Below, piece after piece: positions 28,858-40,034 of a stretch of 64,000 bases of DNA. The translations under genes were made by a program, and so were the position numbers. Every line of letters begins with the position of its first letter. The first letter of the stretch is position 1. The notes below the pieces were generated by a model, which saw only the letters and a list, made by a program, of their open reading frames with translations, did not search any database and was not told where the DNA came from. This DNA comes from Eubacteriales bacterium. GTDB taxonomy: Bacteria > Bacillota > Clostridia > Oscillospirales > CAG-382. Location of the stretch: positions 730-64,729 of the forward strand of contig JAZSDL010000024.1 of assembly GCA_045531135.1 (NCBI GenBank), in the 5' to 3' direction.

Positions 28858-29574
28858 ATGAAGGTATCTACTATTGCAAACGAACTTAATTCTTTGAAAT
28901 ATCACGGCAGAGGTATTATCATCGGTAAATCTTCCGACGGCAAAAAGGCGATAACCGCTTATTTTATAATGGGCAGAAGCGTTAACAGCCGTAACCGTAT
29001 TTTTGTTGCCGAGGGCGACGCAATGCGCACCAAGGCGTTTGACGAATCCAAAATGGTAGATCCTCATCTTATCATCTATTATCCCGTGCGCGTCCTCGGT
29101 AATAAGACCATTGTCACCAACGGCGACCAGACCGACACGATCTACGATCTTATGGATAAGCAGATGACCTTTGAGCAGGCACTCAGAACCAGAGAGTTCG
29201 AGGATGATAAGCCCAACTTTACTCCTCGGATCTCGGGTATCATTCATCACGAAAACGGCGAGATGAATTATGCTATGTCAATTCTCAAGAGCGCGGAGGG
29301 TGATGATTCCTCGTGCGAGAGATTTACTTACGCATACTCTAATCCTTTAGCCGGCAGAGCGAAGTTTATTCATACATATAACGCAGAGGGCGATCCGCTT
29401 CCTTCCTTCGAGGGCGAGCCCAAAACTCTTGAGCTTCCGGATATGGATATCGATGCTCTCACTGATCTTATTTGGAGCAATCTTAACGAAGAAAACAAGG
29501 TTTCGCTTTTCGTAAGATATATCGATCTTGCAACCAACGAAGCCGAAACCCGTATCGTAAATAAAAATGTTTAA
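28858..29574 (+). CDS. purO: IMP cyclohydrolase, archaeal PurO-like type
   Basis: YHGRGIIIGKSSDGK..AYFIMGRSVNSRNRIF resembles the PurO family, not the MGS-type PurH N-domain. Sits directly upstream of an AICARFT-only gene. Confidence 0.75.
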   Translation: MKVSTIANELNSLKYHGRGIIIGKSSDGKKAITAYFIMGRSVNSRNRIFVAEGDAMRTKAFDESKMVDPHLIIYYPVRVLGNKTIVTNGDQTDTIYDLMDKQMTFEQALRTREFEDDKPNFTPRISGIIHHENGEMNYAMSILKSAEGDDSSCERFTYAYSNPLAGRAKFIHTYNAEGDPLPSFEGEPKTLELPDMDIDALTDLIWSNLNEENKVSLFVRYIDLATNEAETRIVNKNV

Positions 29575-29586
29575 AGGAGAAACAAA

Positions 29587-30771
29587 ATGAAGGAATTTGA
29601 ACTTAAATACGGCTGTAACCCCAACCAGAAGCCCGCAAAGATATTTATGCACGACGGAAGCGAGCTTCCTATCGAGATATTAAACGGCAGACCCGGCTTT
29701 ATCAACTTTTTGGATGCTTTTAATTCCTGGCAGCTTGTCAAGGAATTAAAAGAGGCACTCGGTATGCCTGCGGTCACCTCCTTCAAGCACGTCAGCCCCA
29801 CCTCTGCGGCTGTCGGTGTTCCTCTCTCCGATAAGCTTAAAAAGGCATGCTTTGTAGACGATATCGAGGGACTTGATGAATCTCCTCTCGCTTGCGCGTA
29901 CGCACGTGCAAGAGGCACCGACAGAATGTGCTCGTTTGGCGACTGGGTTGCTTTGTCCGATGTTTGCGACGTTACTACCGCAAAGATGATCGCACGTGAG
30001 GTTTCTGACGGTATTATTGCTCCCGGTTATGAACCCGAGGCGCTCGAAATCCTTAAAGCAAAGCGTAAGGGTGGCTATAACATTGTCAAGATAGATCCCG
30101 ATTACGTTCCTGCCGAGATCGAGCATAAGCAGGTCTACGGTATTACCTTTGAGCAGGGAAGAAACAATTTTGAGATAAACAAAGCACTTCTTTCAAACAT
30201 CGTTACCGCTAACAAAGACCTTCCCGAAAGTGCGGTACGCGATCTTATAATCGCTCTTATCACGCTTAAATACACCCAGTCCAATTCGGTTTGTTACGCG
30301 GTTGACGGTCAGGCAATCGGTGTCGGCGCGGGTCAGCAGTCGAGAATCCACTGTACCCGTCTTGCAGGCACCAAGGCGGATACCTGGTTCCTCCGTCAGC
30401 ACGAAAAGGTGTTAAATCTTCCGTTCCGCGCAGATATCGGCAGACCCGACAGAGATAACGTTATCGACGGTTATATCAATAAGAACGAGGAAGACGTTTG
30501 TGCCGACGGCAATTGGCAAAAGTATTTTACCACTCGCCCCGAGCCGCTTACCGATGCAGAGGCGCGCGAGTATCTCGATTCGGTTGATAATGTTGCGCTC
30601 GGATCAGATGCATTCTTCCCGTTCTTCGATAATATCGAGCGCGCTTATAAGAGCGGCGTAAAGTATATCGCAGAGCCGGGCGGATCTATCCGCGACGATG
30701 CTGTTATCGATTGCTGTAACAAATATAATATGACAATGGTGTTCACAGGAATGCGCTTGTTCCACCATTGA
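29587..30771 (+). CDS. purH: AICAR formyltransferase (PurH transformylase domain only)
   Basis: 394 aa. KYGCNPNQ, SFKHVSPTSAA and GAGQQSRIHCTRLA blocks. No N-terminal MGS/IMPCH domain. Confidence 0.85.
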   Translation: MKEFELKYGCNPNQKPAKIFMHDGSELPIEILNGRPGFINFLDAFNSWQLVKELKEALGMPAVTSFKHVSPTSAAVGVPLSDKLKKACFVDDIEGLDESPLACAYARARGTDRMCSFGDWVALSDVCDVTTAKMIAREVSDGIIAPGYEPEALEILKAKRKGGYNIVKIDPDYVPAEIEHKQVYGITFEQGRNNFEINKALLSNIVTANKDLPESAVRDLIIALITLKYTQSNSVCYAVDGQAIGVGAGQQSRIHCTRLAGTKADTWFLRQHEKVLNLPFRADIGRPDRDNVIDGYINKNEEDVCADGNWQKYFTTRPEPLTDAEAREYLDSVDNVALGSDAFFPFFDNIERAYKSGVKYIAEPGGSIRDDAVIDCCNKYNMTMVFTGMRLFHH

Positions 30772-30783
30772 TTCGGAGGATAA

Positions 30784-32055
30784 ATGAAAATACTTGTTGT
30801 CGGTGGCGGTGGCAGAGAGCACGCCATTATCACCAAAATAAAGCAGAATAAAAACGTATCCAAGATTTATGCGCTTCCCGGTAACGGCGGTATCGCAAGA
30901 GATGCCGAGTGTGTAAATATCAGTGCCAAGGATATTGATGCGATCGTCGCTTTTGCAGTTGAGAATAGCATCGATTATGCTGTTGTAGCGCCCGATGATC
31001 CTCTTGTGCTCGGCTGTGTCGATTCGCTTGAGGCAAAGGGGATACCTTGCTTCGGTCCTCGCGCAAATGCCGCGATTATCGAGGGAAGTAAGGTCTTTTC
31101 CAAGGAATTGATGAAAAAGTATTCTATTCCCACCGCAGAGTGCGAGGTTTTTGATAACGTAAACGAGGCACTAAAGTATATCGAAACCGCACCTATTCCT
31201 ACCGTGATCAAGGCAGACGGACTCGCGCTGGGCAAGGGCGTTATTATCGCGTTCACGCGTGAAGAAGCGGTAAACGCTATAAAAGCCATGATGTGCGACA
31301 AGGCTTTTGGAAAGAGCGGCGAAAGGATAGTTGTAGAGGAATTTTTAGAGGGACCCGAGGTGTCGGTTCTCGCGTTTACAGACGGCAAATCGATAGTTCC
31401 CATGGTTTCCTCTATGGACCATAAGAGAGTAGGCGACGGCGATACCGGACTTAATACCGGCGGTATGGGTACGGTTGCGCCCAACCCGTATTATACCGAT
31501 GCGATCGCATGGCAGTGTATGGAAAAAATATTCCTTCCCACCGTCAACGCGATGAACAAAGAGGGAAGAACATTCAAGGGTTGCCTGTATTTCGGCTTGA
31601 TGCTCACCAAGGACGGCCCCAAGGTTATCGAGTACAACTGCCGTTTCGGCGATCCCGAGACACAGGTCGTTCTTCCGTTGCTCGAGACCGATCTTCTCAC
31701 GGTTATGCAGGCGGTTACAAACGAGACCTTGGGTGATCTCGATGTTAAGTTCAGTAATAAAAATGCTTGCTGTGTAATTATGGCATCCAACGGATATCCC
31801 GAGAGCTACAATAAGGGATATGAGATCGATATTCCCGAATCGGTCATTGATAACGTTTACGTTGCGGGCGCGGCTGTAAAGGACGGAAAGCTCGTCACCT
31901 CTGGCGGCAGAGTATTGGGCGTTACTGCGGTTGCAGAAACCCTTTCGGATGCGATAGATGCGTCCTATAAGCTCGTAAACGAAATCAAGTTTGAAAATTC
32001 TTATATCCGCCACGATATCGGCGCACGCGCTTTAAAAGCGACGGAGGTTAAATAA
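30784..32055 (+). CDS. purD: Phosphoribosylamine-glycine ligase
   Basis: MKILVVGGGGREHA start and ATP-grasp blocks. Confidence 0.95.
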   Translation: MKILVVGGGGREHAIITKIKQNKNVSKIYALPGNGGIARDAECVNISAKDIDAIVAFAVENSIDYAVVAPDDPLVLGCVDSLEAKGIPCFGPRANAAIIEGSKVFSKELMKKYSIPTAECEVFDNVNEALKYIETAPIPTVIKADGLALGKGVIIAFTREEAVNAIKAMMCDKAFGKSGERIVVEEFLEGPEVSVLAFTDGKSIVPMVSSMDHKRVGDGDTGLNTGGMGTVAPNPYYTDAIAWQCMEKIFLPTVNAMNKEGRTFKGCLYFGLMLTKDGPKVIEYNCRFGDPETQVVLPLLETDLLTVMQAVTNETLGDLDVKFSNKNACCVIMASNGYPESYNKGYEIDIPESVIDNVYVAGAAVKDGKLVTSGGRVLGVTAVAETLSDAIDASYKLVNEIKFENSYIRHDIGARALKATEVK

Positions 32056-35000
32056 ATGGTCTACAGAGTTTTTGTCGAAAAGAAAAAAGAGCTTGCGTTA
32101 GAGGCAAAGGCGCTTTTAAACGATGCGCGTTCCTTGTTGGGCATTTCGTCGCTTGAGGACGTTCGCCTGTTCAACCGTTACGATGCCGAGAACATTAGCG
32201 GTGAATTGTTCGAATATGCCAAGAGGACCGTTTTCTCCGAGCCACAGCTCGATATCGTAAGCGACGATATCGGTACGCTTGATAGAGCAATCGTATTTGC
32301 GGTCGAGTATCTGCCCGGACAGTTTGATCAGCGCGCGGATTCTGCGGCTCAGTGTATTCAGATAATCTCTCAGGGGGATAGACCTGTTATCCGCACCGCA
32401 AGAGTTTATGTGCTTTACGGTAATTTGTCCGATGAGGAAATTGCCGCTATCAAAAAGTATGTCATCAACCCTGTTGAATCCCGTGAGGCAACCTTGGATA
32501 AACCCGAAACACTTGCCTCTGAGTATGATATTCCTACAACAGTTCGTACTTTGGATAGCTTTATAAAGCTTGATAAAGACGGCTTGGCAGATTTTATCAA
32601 GGAATACGGCTTAGCTATGGATATCGATGATATCATCTTCTGTCAGCAGTATTTTATGAGCGAGCAAAGAGATCCTACCATCACCGAGATCCGTATGATC
32701 GATACCTATTGGTCGGACCATTGCCGCCATACTACGTTTAATACCGTTATCGATAACGTCAGGTTCGAGGACGAACTTTTAGAAAAGACCTATAATGATT
32801 ATATCAATACCCGTAAGGAACTTGGCAGGACCAAGCCGATCTGCCTTATGGATGTTGCTACTCTTGCCGTCAGATATTTAAAGAAGAACGGCAAGCTTGA
32901 TAAGCTTGATGAGTCCGAGGAGATCAATGCCTGCACCGTAAAGGTAGATGTTGAGGTTGACGGAGTTGTCGAGCCGTGGTTGCTTTTGTTCAAGAACGAA
33001 ACCCATAACCACCCGACCGAGATCGAGCCGTTTGGCGGTGCCGCTACCTGTATCGGCGGCGCGATACGCGATCCGCTTTCCGGCAGATCCTATGTTTACG
33101 GCGCTATGCGTGTAACGGGTGCGGGTGATCCCTTAAAGCCCATTTCCGAAACCATCAAGGGCAAGCTTCCTCAGCGTAAGATCGTTACAACCGCTGCGGC
33201 CGGTTATTCGTCTTACGGTAACCAGATCGGTCTTGCAACGGGAATAGTTGATGAAATCTATCACGAGGGATATACCGCAAAGCGTATGGAAATCGGTGCA
33301 GTGATCGCGGCGGCTCCTGCCGAGAACGTTCGCCGTGAGCGTCCCGAGGCAGGCGATGCGATCATCCTTCTCGGCGGCGCAACCGGACGTGACGGCTGCG
33401 GCGGTGCGACCGGCTCTTCCAAATCTCATACCGCATCCTCGCTCGAGACCTGCGGAGCAGAGGTTCAAAAGGGTAATGCACCCGAGGAACGAAAACTCCA
33501 GCGCTTGTTCAGAAATGCCGAGGCAAGCCGTCTTATCAAACGCTGTAACGACTTTGGCGCAGGCGGTGTTTCGGTTGCTATCGGTGAACTTGCTGACGGA
33601 TTGGAAATTGATTTGAATGCTGTTCCCAAAAAGTACGACGGACTTGACGGTACCGAATTGGCAATCAGCGAATCGCAGGAGCGTATGGCGGTCGTTGTTG
33701 AGGCAAAGGATGTTGCGCGCTTCTTGGAGCTTGCCGAGACCGAAAACCTTTCTGCAGTTCAGGTTGCTACCGTCACCGATAAAAATCGCCTTGTTATGCA
33801 TTGGAACGGCAATAAGATAGTTGATATCAGCCGTGATTTCCTTAATTCCAACGGTGCGGATAAGCATATCGATATCGAGGTTGCAAAGCCCTCCTGTGTT
33901 GAGAAACGCAATGATTTCGGCGGCTTTGTCGAGGAATATGCAAAGATTCCCTCCGATCTTAATATCTGCTCTCGCCGCGGACTTTCCGAGCGATTCGATT
34001 CCACTATCGGCGCAGGCACGGTGCTTATGCCTTTCGGCGGAAAATATCAGCATACTCCCATTCAGGCGATGGTTCAAAAGATATCGGTCGAGAAAAAGCA
34101 TACCGATAACTGTTCCTATATGTCTTGGGGATATAACCCCTTTATTTCCGAAAAGAGTCCCTACCACGGCGCATATCTCGCGGTTGTCGAATCGGTTGCA
34201 AAGCTTATCGCTACCGGTGCCGAGTTCAAGGACGTGTACCTCACGTTCCAGGAGTATTTCGAGCGCTTGGGTAAGGATTCCAAGCGTTGGGGCAAGCCCT
34301 TGGCGGCTTTGTTGGGCGCATACCGCGCGCAAATGGAGCTTGGCATCGGTTCTATCGGCGGCAAGGACTCTATGTCGGGCTCGTTTGAGGATATTCACGT
34401 TCCTCCGACACTTGTTTCTTTTGCCGTCACCACTGGCAAGACCGATGATGTAGTATCGCCCGAGTTTAAAAAGGCGGGCAATAAGGTTGTTCTTCTTAAG
34501 CCGGAATACGGCGCAGACGGTCTTCCCAAGGTTGATTCGCTTGTCAAGAACTTCAATACCGTAACCGCTCTTATGAGAGATAACAAGGCAGTTGCATGCT
34601 ATACCGTCGGTATCGGCGGAGTTGCCGCTTCGGTTATGAAGATGTGCTTTGGTAATATGCTCGGCTTTAAGTATAACGATAACGTTTCTATGTCCGATAT
34701 CTTCGATACCGTTTACGGCTCGTTTGTAATTGAGGTTGCGGAGGACGTTGATTGCGGTATTGCACTCGGTTACGTTACCGATGATGCAAATATCAGCAAA
34801 GGAAATGAGGTTTACGACCTCAATAAGATGCTCTCTGAATACGAGGATAAGCTCGAGAGCGTTTACAGCTGCAATATACCCGACAGCGCAAGCGATGTTC
34901 CTACGTTTAATTACGTAGCGGATAAGCGTGTTGCTCCCACAGTAAAGTGTGCTAAGCCCACAGTTCTTATTCCCGCATTCCCCGGTACAAACTGCGAGTA

Positions 35001-35751
35001 TGATTCCGCAAAGGCGGTTCGTGATGCGGGTGCAGAGCCGAAGATCATCGTTATTAATAACCGTACCGCAAGCGGTATCGCAAAAAGCATTGATAACTTT
35101 GCAAGCGAGCTTAAAACTGCACAGATGGTGTTCGTTCCCGGCGGATTTTCGGGAGGTGACGAGCCCGACGGCAGTGCTAAATTCATCACCGCATTCTTCC
35201 GTAACGCCGCTGTTAAGGACGGTGTTACCGACCTTCTTGAGAACCGCGACGGCTTGATGTGCGGTATATGCAACGGCTTCCAGGCGCTTATCAAGCTCGG
35301 ACTTGTTCCGTTCGGTAAGATCATCGATACCGATGAAAGCTGTCCCACACTTACTTTCAACACCATTTCGCGTCACCAGTCGCGTATAGTTAGAACCCGC
35401 GTGGCTTCCAACAAATCTCCGTGGCTCGCGCTGACCAATGTCGGCGACGTATATAACGTTGCTATCTCACACGGCGAGGGCAGATTCCTTGCGAGCGAGG
35501 AATTTATCAAGGCGCTTGCCGCAAACGGTCAGGTCGCTACCCAGTACGTCGATTTGGATAACAAAGCAACCGGAGACGTTCACTTTAACCCCAACGGATC
35601 TGTTTGCGCAGTAGAGGGTATCACCTCTCCCGATGGCCGTGTGTTCGGCAAAATGGGACATAGCGAGCGTATCGGAGCAGGTCTTTATAAGAACGTTTAC
35701 GGTGAATACGATATCAGAATGTTCGAGTCTGCAGTACGTTATTTCAAATAA
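32056..35751 (+). CDS. purL: Phosphoribosylformylglycinamidine synthase, single-chain large form
   Basis: 1231 aa. [18 protein letters not shown]-like block and a C-terminal glutaminase with GICNGFQAL. Confidence 0.95.
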   Translation: MVYRVFVEKKKELALEAKALLNDARSLLGISSLEDVRLFNRYDAENISGELFEYAKRTVFSEPQLDIVSDDIGTLDRAIVFAVEYLPGQFDQRADSAAQCIQIISQGDRPVIRTARVYVLYGNLSDEEIAAIKKYVINPVESREATLDKPETLASEYDIPTTVRTLDSFIKLDKDGLADFIKEYGLAMDIDDIIFCQQYFMSEQRDPTITEIRMIDTYWSDHCRHTTFNTVIDNVRFEDELLEKTYNDYINTRKELGRTKPICLMDVATLAVRYLKKNGKLDKLDESEEINACTVKVDVEVDGVVEPWLLLFKNETHNHPTEIEPFGGAATCIGGAIRDPLSGRSYVYGAMRVTGAGDPLKPISETIKGKLPQRKIVTTAAAGYSSYGNQIGLATGIVDEIYHEGYTAKRMEIGAVIAAAPAENVRRERPEAGDAIILLGGATGRDGCGGATGSSKSHTASSLETCGAEVQKGNAPEERKLQRLFRNAEASRLIKRCNDFGAGGVSVAIGELADGLEIDLNAVPKKYDGLDGTELAISESQERMAVVVEAKDVARFLELAETENLSAVQVATVTDKNRLVMHWNGNKIVDISRDFLNSNGADKHIDIEVAKPSCVEKRNDFGGFVEEYAKIPSDLNICSRRGLSERFDSTIGAGTVLMPFGGKYQHTPIQAMVQKISVEKKHTDNCSYMSWGYNPFISEKSPYHGAYLAVVESVAKLIATGAEFKDVYLTFQEYFERLGKDSKRWGKPLAALLGAYRAQMELGIGSIGGKDSMSGSFEDIHVPPTLVSFAVTTGKTDDVVSPEFKKAGNKVVLLKPEYGADGLPKVDSLVKNFNTVTALMRDNKAVACYTVGIGGVAASVMKMCFGNMLGFKYNDNVSMSDIFDTVYGSFVIEVAEDVDCGIALGYVTDDANISKGNEVYDLNKMLSEYEDKLESVYSCNIPDSASDVPTFNYVADKRVAPTVKCAKPTVLIPAFPGTNCEYDSAKAVRDAGAEPKIIVINNRTASGIAKSIDNFASELKTAQMVFVPGGFSGGDEPDGSAKFITAFFRNAAVKDGVTDLLENRDGLMCGICNGFQALIKLGLVPFGKIIDTDESCPTLTFNTISRHQSRIVRTRVASNKSPWLALTNVGDVYNVAISHGEGRFLASEEFIKALAANGQVATQYVDLDNKATGDVHFNPNGSVCAVEGITSPDGRVFGKMGHSERIGAGLYKNVYGEYDIRMFESAVRYFK

Positions 35752-35765
35752 TTTGGAGGTATATA

Positions 35766-37442
35766 ATGCAATATAAATCCGATATTGAAATCGCTCAAAG
35801 CTGTCAGATGAAGCCGATCATGGAGATCGCTTCTATCGCACACGTTGACGAAAAGTATATAGAGCAATACGGCAAATATAAGGCAAAGGTAGATTTATCG
35901 CTTCTTAAGGAAACGAAAAAAGAAGATGGTAAGCTGATTTTGGTTACTGCGATAACGCCCACCCCCGCGGGTGAGGGTAAAACCACCACCACGATAGGAC
36001 TTGCCGATGGCTTAAAGCGTATCGGCAAGGACGTTACCGTTGCACTGCGTGAGCCGTCGTTGGGACCGGTTTTCGGTGTCAAGGGCGGTGCCGCCGGCGG
36101 CGGATACGCGCAGGTCGTTCCTATGGAGGATATCAATCTTCATTTCACGGGCGACTTTCATGCAATCGGCGCGGCTAACAATCTGCTTGCCGCTATGCTT
36201 GATAACCATATTCAGCAGGGCAATGCACTCGGCATCGATCCTCGTCGCATAACCTGGAAGCGTTGTGTGGATATGAACGACAGACAGCTTCGGTTTATCC
36301 TTGACGGCATGGGAGGTACCGCAAACGGCGTTCCCCGTGAGGATGGATTTGATATCACCGTTGCATCCGAGATCATGGCGGTTCTCTGCCTTTCGGATTC
36401 GATAACCGATCTCAAACGCCGTCTTGCCAATATCATCGTCGGCTATACCTATCAGGATGAGCCGGTTCGTTGCGGTCAGTTAAAGGCAGAGGGAGCGATG
36501 ACGGCGCTGTTAAAGGATGCGCTGAAACCGAATCTCGTTCAGACATTAGAGGGTACCCCTGCGTTCGTTCACGGCGGCCCGTTTGCCAATATAGCACACG
36601 GCTGTAATTCGGTTATGGCAACCAAAATGGCACTCAAAATGGGTGATTATACCGTTACCGAGGCGGGCTTCGGCGCTGATCTGGGTGCAGAAAAATTCCT
36701 TGATATCAAGTGCCGTAAGGCGAATCTTACCCCCGATGCAGTTGTTGTGGTTGCAACCGTGCGTGCTCTTAAGATGCACGGCGGATTGGCAAAGAACGAG
36801 CTCGGAACCGAGGATCTGTCGGCACTCGAAAAGGGTATACCTAATCTTCTCCGCCACGTTTCAAATATCAAAAACGTTTATAAGCTTCCCTGTGTCGTTG
36901 CGGTCAACCGTTTTCCCACGGATACCGATAAGGAGATTGAGTTTATCATCGATAAATGCCGCGAGCTCGGCGTAAATACCGTTCTTTCTACTGTTTGGGC
37001 AGAGGGCGGCAAGGGCGGCGAGGCACTTGCAAGAGAGGTTGTCCGTCTTTGCGAGGAAGAAAAGGGAGAGTTTACCTTCTCATACGAGGATGATCTTACC
37101 ATTGTCGAAAAGATAGAGTCGGTCGTTAAGAAGATATACGGCGGCGACGGTGTTACGATCATGCCCGCCGCACAAAAGCAGATAAATAAACTCGAATCAC
37201 TCGGCTTTGGAAATTGCCCTGTCTGTATCGCAAAAACGCAGTACAGCTTCTCGGATGATCCCACAAAGCTCGGTGCACCCGACGGCTTTACCGTTACCGT
37301 AAAGAATGTCAAGGCGTCTGCAGGTGCAGAGTTTATCGTTGTGCTTACCGGTGATATATTGACAATGCCCGGCTTGCCCAAGGTGCCCGCGGCAGAGAAG
37401 ATCGACGTGGATGAAAACGGTGTGATTTCGGGATTGTTCTGA
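35766..37442 (+). CDS. fhs: Formate-tetrahydrofolate ligase
   Basis: [17 protein letters not shown]-loop, 558 aa. Confidence 0.95.
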   Translation: MQYKSDIEIAQSCQMKPIMEIASIAHVDEKYIEQYGKYKAKVDLSLLKETKKEDGKLILVTAITPTPAGEGKTTTTIGLADGLKRIGKDVTVALREPSLGPVFGVKGGAAGGGYAQVVPMEDINLHFTGDFHAIGAANNLLAAMLDNHIQQGNALGIDPRRITWKRCVDMNDRQLRFILDGMGGTANGVPREDGFDITVASEIMAVLCLSDSITDLKRRLANIIVGYTYQDEPVRCGQLKAEGAMTALLKDALKPNLVQTLEGTPAFVHGGPFANIAHGCNSVMATKMALKMGDYTVTEAGFGADLGAEKFLDIKCRKANLTPDAVVVVATVRALKMHGGLAKNELGTEDLSALEKGIPNLLRHVSNIKNVYKLPCVVAVNRFPTDTDKEIEFIIDKCRELGVNTVLSTVWAEGGKGGEALAREVVRLCEEEKGEFTFSYEDDLTIVEKIESVVKKIYGGDGVTIMPAAQKQINKLESLGFGNCPVCIAKTQYSFSDDPTKLGAPDGFTVTVKNVKASAGAEFIVVLTGDILTMPGLPKVPAAEKIDVDENGVISGLF

Positions 37443-37444
37443 TT

Positions 37445-38167
37445 ATGAAAATAAAATTAATGACTTTTAATATTCAGCATGGCAGAAATTATAATTTCGC
37501 AGGCGATGTTATCGATCTGCCCGCTATGGCGGATAACGTGCGGGCACAGGATCCGGATATCTTCGGTCTTAACGAGGTACGTGTCGGCGAGAGCAAGGAT
37601 CATTCTACCGGACTTTCCGATCAACCTGCGTTTTTCTCCGAAACGCTCGGATACCATTCCTATTTCGGCAACGCGATAGTCAGAGAGAATTATATTTACG
37701 GCAACGCTGTTTTTTCAAAGACACCGATGCTTGAGTGTGAAAAAATAATGATTCCCGATGTTGTTGAAAGGGAAGGCGCCTACTATGAAAGTCGTTGCGT
37801 TATCAAGTCTGTGTATGATTTTCAAGGCAAAAAGCTCACAGTTCTTAACACGCATTTCGGGCTTGGCAAGGGCGAGGATAAGTGCGCCGTTGATACCGTG
37901 CTTTCGTTACTCGATAGCATCGATACGCCTGTGGTGCTGATGGGCGATCTGAACAAAACGCCGGATGATGAGCAGATCAAACGGATTAGCGATGTTCTTG
38001 TTGATGCACATGCGTATCTCGGCAAGGATGAGCTTACGTTTACGTCGGATAAACCCGAGATCAGAATCGATTATATTTTCGTTCGCGGAGCAGAGATTTT
38101 GTCTGCGGATACGATAAAAAGGGTCGTGTCTGACCACTATGCAATAACCGCAGAAATAGAACTGTAA
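37445..38167 (+). CDS. Endonuclease/exonuclease/phosphatase (EEP) family protein
   Basis: MTFNIQHG, GLNEV, VLMGDLN and SDHYAI motifs. Starts 2 nt after the fhs stop. Confidence 0.8.
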   Translation: MKIKLMTFNIQHGRNYNFAGDVIDLPAMADNVRAQDPDIFGLNEVRVGESKDHSTGLSDQPAFFSETLGYHSYFGNAIVRENYIYGNAVFSKTPMLECEKIMIPDVVEREGAYYESRCVIKSVYDFQGKKLTVLNTHFGLGKGEDKCAVDTVLSLLDSIDTPVVLMGDLNKTPDDEQIKRISDVLVDAHAYLGKDELTFTSDKPEIRIDYIFVRGAEILSADTIKRVVSDHYAITAEIEL

Positions 38168-38190
38168 AAATCAAATATTTGTTGCGATTT

Positions 38191-38231
38191 ACACCGCGGC
38201 TGACGTTTTGTCGGCTGCGGTGTTTTTATTT
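38191..38231 (+). terminator. Intrinsic terminator ending the pur/fhs operon
   Basis: acaccgcggctgac / gtcggctgcggtgt (14 bp with two G-T wobbles) followed by ttttatttg. Confidence 0.7.
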
Positions 38232-38551
38232 GCGGAATTTTCAATGTTGTATGTATACAAACACCGCGAAAAACGCTCGAGGACATCAATACGACACGAA
38301 TATTATCGTCCGTTTCTGCGTATCGACGAAATATAAATAATAGACATCGGACAAGCATCAAAAAGTGTCAAATTGCCCCTGCACATCAACAAAAGAACAA
38401 TTGTTTGATGACATAATCACAAAAATATCGACAGTGTGACTGCGTCGAAATAGAGATAAAAGGTCGAAAAACGTTGCAATATAAGGAAAACCGCCGCCGT
38501 CAAAATGACGAATGGGTTTCCATAATGTATAAATTATGTTTACCTATTCTA

Positions 38552-38580
38552 TTGCAATTTTAGGGGTGCAGATGTATAAT
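38552..38580 (+). promoter_or_regulatory. Putative dcw (mraZ) promoter
   Basis: TTGCAA (38552-38557), 17 nt, TATAAT (38575-38580). Confidence 0.55.
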
Positions 38581-38590
38581 AAGTACATCG

Positions 38591-38630
38591 AATAGGAGCA
38601 AAGTGGGGCATATAGGAGCAAATAGGAGCA
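38591..38630 (+). promoter_or_regulatory. Four phased 10-nt direct repeats, candidate MraZ operator
   Basis: AATAGGAGCA / AAGTGGGGCA / TATAGGAGCA / AATAGGAGCA, contiguous, between the promoter and the mraZ SD. Confidence 0.5.
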
Positions 38631-38667
38631 AAACCCGCTGAAAACGCATTGAAAGGAGTTGAAAAAG

Positions 38668-39087
38668 ATGTTCTTAGGCGAGTATTATCATACGATCGAT
38701 GCCAAGGGGCGTCTGTTCATTCCTGCGAAGTTCCGCGATAAGCTCGGCGAGGGATTTATACTCTCCAAGGGCTTTGATAAATGTATCAGGGTTTATCCAA
38801 TGGCAGAGTGGGAAAAGTTTGTAGAAAAGCTCGAGGAGCTTCCTGCCGCAAAGGATAGACGTATTCTCAGATATTTCTTCTCGAGTGCCGATGAGGGCTC
38901 TATCGATGCTCAGGGCAGAGTTACCATCAATCAGTCGATGCGCGCTTTCGCAAACCTCGAAAAAGAGGTCGTTATTTCCGGCGGATGCAGGCATTTTGAG
39001 ATCTGGTCGCTTAAGGATTGGGAGGCAGAGCAAACGGCAACCGACGATTCCTTAGTGATAGGCGAGCTTGTTGACAGGGGTATGTGA
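38668..39087 (+). CDS. mraZ: Transcriptional regulator MraZ
   Basis: [23 protein letters not shown] and a second DAQGRVTI SpoVT/AbrB-like half. ATG 38668 is 9 nt after AAAGGAG. Confidence 0.95.
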   Translation: MFLGEYYHTIDAKGRLFIPAKFRDKLGEGFILSKGFDKCIRVYPMAEWEKFVEKLEELPAAKDRRILRYFFSSADEGSIDAQGRVTINQSMRAFANLEKEVVISGGCRHFEIWSLKDWEAEQTATDDSLVIGELVDRGM

Positions 39088-39088
39088 T

Positions 39089-40018
39089 ATGGATTTTTCA
39101 CATATTTCGGTGTTGCTTCACGAAACTGTTGATTCGCTTAACGTTAAGCCGAACGGTATTTACGTGGATTGTACTCTCGGTGGAGCAGGGCATACGTCGC
39201 TTGTGCTTTCGAAGCTCGGCAATGACGGTAGGGTGATCGGCATCGACCGTGATGACGATGCTCTGCAAAATGCAAGGCAAAAGATCAACGATCCGCGTTT
39301 GGTAACCGTAAAAGACAATTTCGAAAATATTATCAATGCGGTTGAGAGTGCGGGGTATAAAAAGGTTGACGGAATAATAATGGACCTCGGTGTTTCGTCG
39401 CACCAGCTCGATGTGGCAGAACGCGGGTTCTCGTATATGCGTGATGCCGCTTTGGATATGAGAATGGATCAAAGCGCTGTACTAACGGCGTATGAGGTTG
39501 TAAACCGCTATTCCGAGTCGGAGCTTGTGAGAATAATGCGCGATTACGGCGAGGAACGCTTTGCGCCGAAAATCGCAAAGAAAATATGCTCTGTAAGAGA
39601 AGAAAGGCCAATCGGAACAACGCTTGAGCTTGCAGAACTGATTTCCTCTGCAATCCCGGCAAAATTCCGAAACGATGGCGGGCACCCTGCAAAAAGATGC
39701 TTTCAGGCGATACGTATCGAGGTCAACGGCGAGCTTGACTGTATCCCGAAGGCGATTGAGGACGGAGCAGAGATATTGAACGTCGGAGGCAGAATGTCGA
39801 TAATCAGCTTCCATTCGCTCGAGGACCGTCTGGTAAAAAACGGATTCCAACGTCTTGAGAATCCCTGCACCTGCCCAAAGGATTTTCCGATGTGCGTGTG
39901 CGGTAAAAAGCAAAAGGTTAAGATAATAACAAGAAAACCGATACTTCCGTCGCAGGAAGAACTTGAAAATAACAGCAGATCGCACAGTGCCAAATTAAGA
40001 GTGTGCGAAAAAATATAG
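39089..40018 (+). CDS. rsmH: 16S rRNA (cytosine1402-N4)-methyltransferase
   Basis: [17 protein letters not shown] and [10 protein letters not shown] motifs. Confidence 0.95.
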   Translation: MDFSHISVLLHETVDSLNVKPNGIYVDCTLGGAGHTSLVLSKLGNDGRVIGIDRDDDALQNARQKINDPRLVTVKDNFENIINAVESAGYKKVDGIIMDLGVSSHQLDVAERGFSYMRDAALDMRMDQSAVLTAYEVVNRYSESELVRIMRDYGEERFAPKIAKKICSVREERPIGTTLELAELISSAIPAKFRNDGGHPAKRCFQAIRIEVNGELDCIPKAIEDGAEILNVGGRMSIISFHSLEDRLVKNGFQRLENPCTCPKDFPMCVCGKKQKVKIITRKPILPSQEELENNSRSHSAKLRVCEKI

Positions 40019-40034
40019 AAAGGTAAACATCGAT

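Noticed and set aside
33133-35376. 747-aa minus-strand ORF antisense to purL (plus several 60-210 aa ORFs in other frames of purL)
   Set aside because: purL is unambiguous at 1231 aa with conserved blocks. The antisense ORF shows no domain signature or translation signals.
38232-38550. About 320-nt non-coding stretch upstream of the dcw promoter, checked for small RNA genes or hidden ORFs
   Set aside because: It contains only very short ORFs without SD (for example a 30-codon ORF starting ATGTTGTATG). I saw no convincing stem-loop architecture or promoter/terminator pair. The minus-strand 74-aa ORF 38137-38361 overlaps the operon terminator and looks spurious.
38591-38630. Possibility that the short direct repeats (or the 207-bp repeats at 3292-4539) are a CRISPR array
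   Set aside because: The 10-nt units are contiguous with no spacers. The 207-bp units are coding and in frame. No cas genes are present.
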